Shown: positions 61,659 through 64,000 of the stretch, one piece after another
Layout of the letters: every line of letters begins with the position of its first letter
Position numbering within the stretch: position 1 is the stretch's first letter
Origin: Eledone cirrhosa
Lineage: Eukaryota
Reading direction: 5' to 3'
DNA length: 64,000 nucleotides
Assembly (NCBI GenBank): GCA_964016885.1
Contig: OZ024741.1
Location: 77,872,001 to 77,936,000 of the forward strand
Translations under genes and position numbers: made by a program
Notes under the pieces: generated by a model
The model's input: only the letters and a program-made list of their open reading frames with translations
The model's database searches: none
Told to the model about the DNA's origin: nothing

Positions 61659-64000
61659 AAACCTTCTCGCTAACTACCCCATACCCCTCCCACCTGCCGT
61701 CACTCACCACCATTATTATTTGGACCAATCGGTAGAGGGTTGGACGCCATGCTTTCCAGCATAGTTACGTCCCTTTACGATCTGAGTTCAAATCCCCTCG
61801 AGGTTGACTTTGCCTTTCATCCTTACGGGGTCGATAAAATAAAGTACCAGTAATGCACTGGGTATTTGCTGGCCTTCTGCCTAAAGTAGAAACAATTATT
61901 ATTTGGACCAATCATAAGTCAGCAGCCTATGCTATCACTTCTTCTGATTGCCTTTCGATATGATGGATGGACTACGGAATTCTGGAGAGTCTGAAAAATC
62001 TGGACACTCAGTGACAATGCCAAAGATAAAGACAAATTCACCTCATGCTGCCGGACGAAAATGCAAGGACTCCTCCTCTTTATTTCGGCCGCGGATGGCC
62101 AACATAACCCCCCCCCCCCGCACCCCACCGTTGCCGCACACAAAACGCAACCCAAAACTTCAGAGTTGGTACCATGAATGTAGGCACCTTAAAAGGTCGC
62201 TCTAACGAGGTTGTAGAAATGCTTGAGCGTAAGGGGGTTGATTTTTTGCTGTATCCAAGAGACCAGGTGGAGGGGTGGATCTGCTAGATTCATTGTGGGT
62301 AAAAAAGATTGCTATAAGATTTTCTGGGTGGGGTAGGAATCATGTTAGCAGAAAAATGGGTAGATAAGATAATAGACGTAAATAGAGTGAACGACAGAAT
62401 AATTAAAATAAGACTTGTCCTAAATAGAACTACTGTGACAGTAATATCTGCGTACGCACCCCAATCCGGACTGCCTGGTGTCATAAAAGACAGATTCTAT
62501 GAGACATTGATGCTCACTACCTCCCAAATAACCGACAGTGACTACATAATTATTGCTGGCGACCTAAATGGTCACGTTGGACAAACATTGTGATGGCTAT
62601 GACGGAATCCATGGAGGCTATGGGTTTGGTACTAGAAATGAGGAAGGCTCCAGAATCCTGGAATTCTGTGACGCAAATAACCTAACTATCTGTAACACTA
62701 ACTTCAAAAAACGAGACAATCACTTGATCACCTATAGATCAGGGGAACATGCCAGTCAGATAAATTATATCCTTACCAGAAGACGTGATACAGTGTCTGT
62801 TGTAAACACTAAATCCCTCCCCCATGAAGAATGCACCTCCCAACATAGACTGATAATTAGCGACCTCATAGTCAGGACGAGACGTACTCGACAGCAGAAG
62901 AGGACTATCCTCAGGAGGAAAATATGGAAACTAAAGGACCCCACAGCCAGAAATAAATTTCAAAGCATATTACTTGATGCTTTCGACAGTAAGGAAGAGC
63001 ATCTAGAATCGGACAATATAGAGGGACAGTGGGAATTTCTGAAAGCAAACCTGCTGTTGGCGACAGACGAAGTCTGTGGCTGGAGCAGGCCTGTAGGCAG
63101 GAGGAGAGTAACATGGTGGTGGAACAGTAGGGTGGAGGGGTCAATTAAGGCCAAAAAGCAGGCTTGGAAAGTATGGCGGGATGGGGGAAGTAGAGTAGAC
63201 TATCAAGTGGCCAGGAGGGAAGCTAGGAGAGAAGTGTACTTAGCAAGAAGGGAAGCTGAGGAAAGAAAGTTCAAGCATGTTCTACAACGCGATGACCAAA
63301 AACGTGAGGTGTTCAGGATTGCCAGGCAATGCGTCAAGGAAAACCGTGATATTGTCGGGGAGAAGTGTGTACTTAACGATGATGGCATACTTGCCATCAC
63401 CGACACTGATAAGAAGGTAGCTTGGAAGTGTCACTATGAAAGGCTACTAAATGAGGAGAATAAATGGGAGAAAGACAGTCTCCCCCACATCGATCCAATA
63501 GAGGGACCAGCAGTGCTAGTTGAAGGTAGTATAATAAGTAAGGCAATCAAAGATATGAAGACGGGTAAGGCGGCTAGGCCTTCGGAAATAGTTGCTGAAA
63601 TGCTGAAAGCATCTGGAACAGTGGGACACACTATGGTCACCCGGATAGTAAACCAAGTCATGAAGGTCACAGAAAAAGTAATAGCGCAACTAATCAGAGA
63701 GCGAATTGATCTAGATGAAATACAGTTAGGGTTTGTGTCAGGTAAAAGTACCACAGACGCTCTTTTCATTGTACGACAACTACAGGAGAAGTACCTAGCT
63801 AAAAGTAAACCCTATACTTAGCTGTTGTTAACTTGGAGAAAGCCTTTGACAGAGTCCCCCGCTCCATTATCTGATGGACTCTTAGAAAACTAGGTGTTGA
63901 TGAATGGCTTGTGAGAGCTATACAAGCCATGTATAAAGAAAGTCGGCAAGGTTAGAATTAACAACGAATATAGTGAAGAGTTTAGGGTAAAAGTTGGTGT
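61659..64000 (+). mobile_element. Second RTE LINE copy of the same subfamily, running off the window
   Basis: Highly similar to 57095-59215, with frameshifts and stops. Confidence 0.95.
61727..61895 (+). mobile_element. OR-like SINE inserted in the RTE 5' UTR
   Basis: 19-bp TSD ATTATTATTTGGACCAATC at 61712-61730 and 61895-61913. Confidence 0.88.

Overview
AT-rich, repeat-saturated metazoan genomic DNA. The SINE, RTE and Penelope complement and the abundant (TA)n suggest a coleoid cephalopod, probably an octopus (inference). The only host gene I can support is the 5' part of a minus-strand, signal-peptide-bearing alpha-carbonic-anhydrase-like gene: four coding exons at 14998-14947, 11384-11367, 5064-4900 and 2085-1940, continuing past the left edge. 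Its first zinc-ligand His is replaced by Glu and its proton-shuttle His by Gln. The rest is mobile DNA: RTE LINEs (two large tandem copies), CRE-, Tx1- and CR1/L2-type fragments, Penelope-like elements, a young full-length Gypsy-type LTR element, a deleted LTR element, hAT/piggyBac/Tc2-like/Helitron derivatives and two tRNA-derived SINE families. Two signals stand out. First, about a dozen type I hammerhead-ribozyme motifs of several families sit in Penelope-type repeats, foldbacks and a retrozyme-like tandem unit, including a compensatory U3-A8 core variant. Second, the LTR element's primer-binding site matches the first 12 nt of tRNA-Phe rather than any tRNA 3' CCA end. All calls are by eye; no database searches were run.
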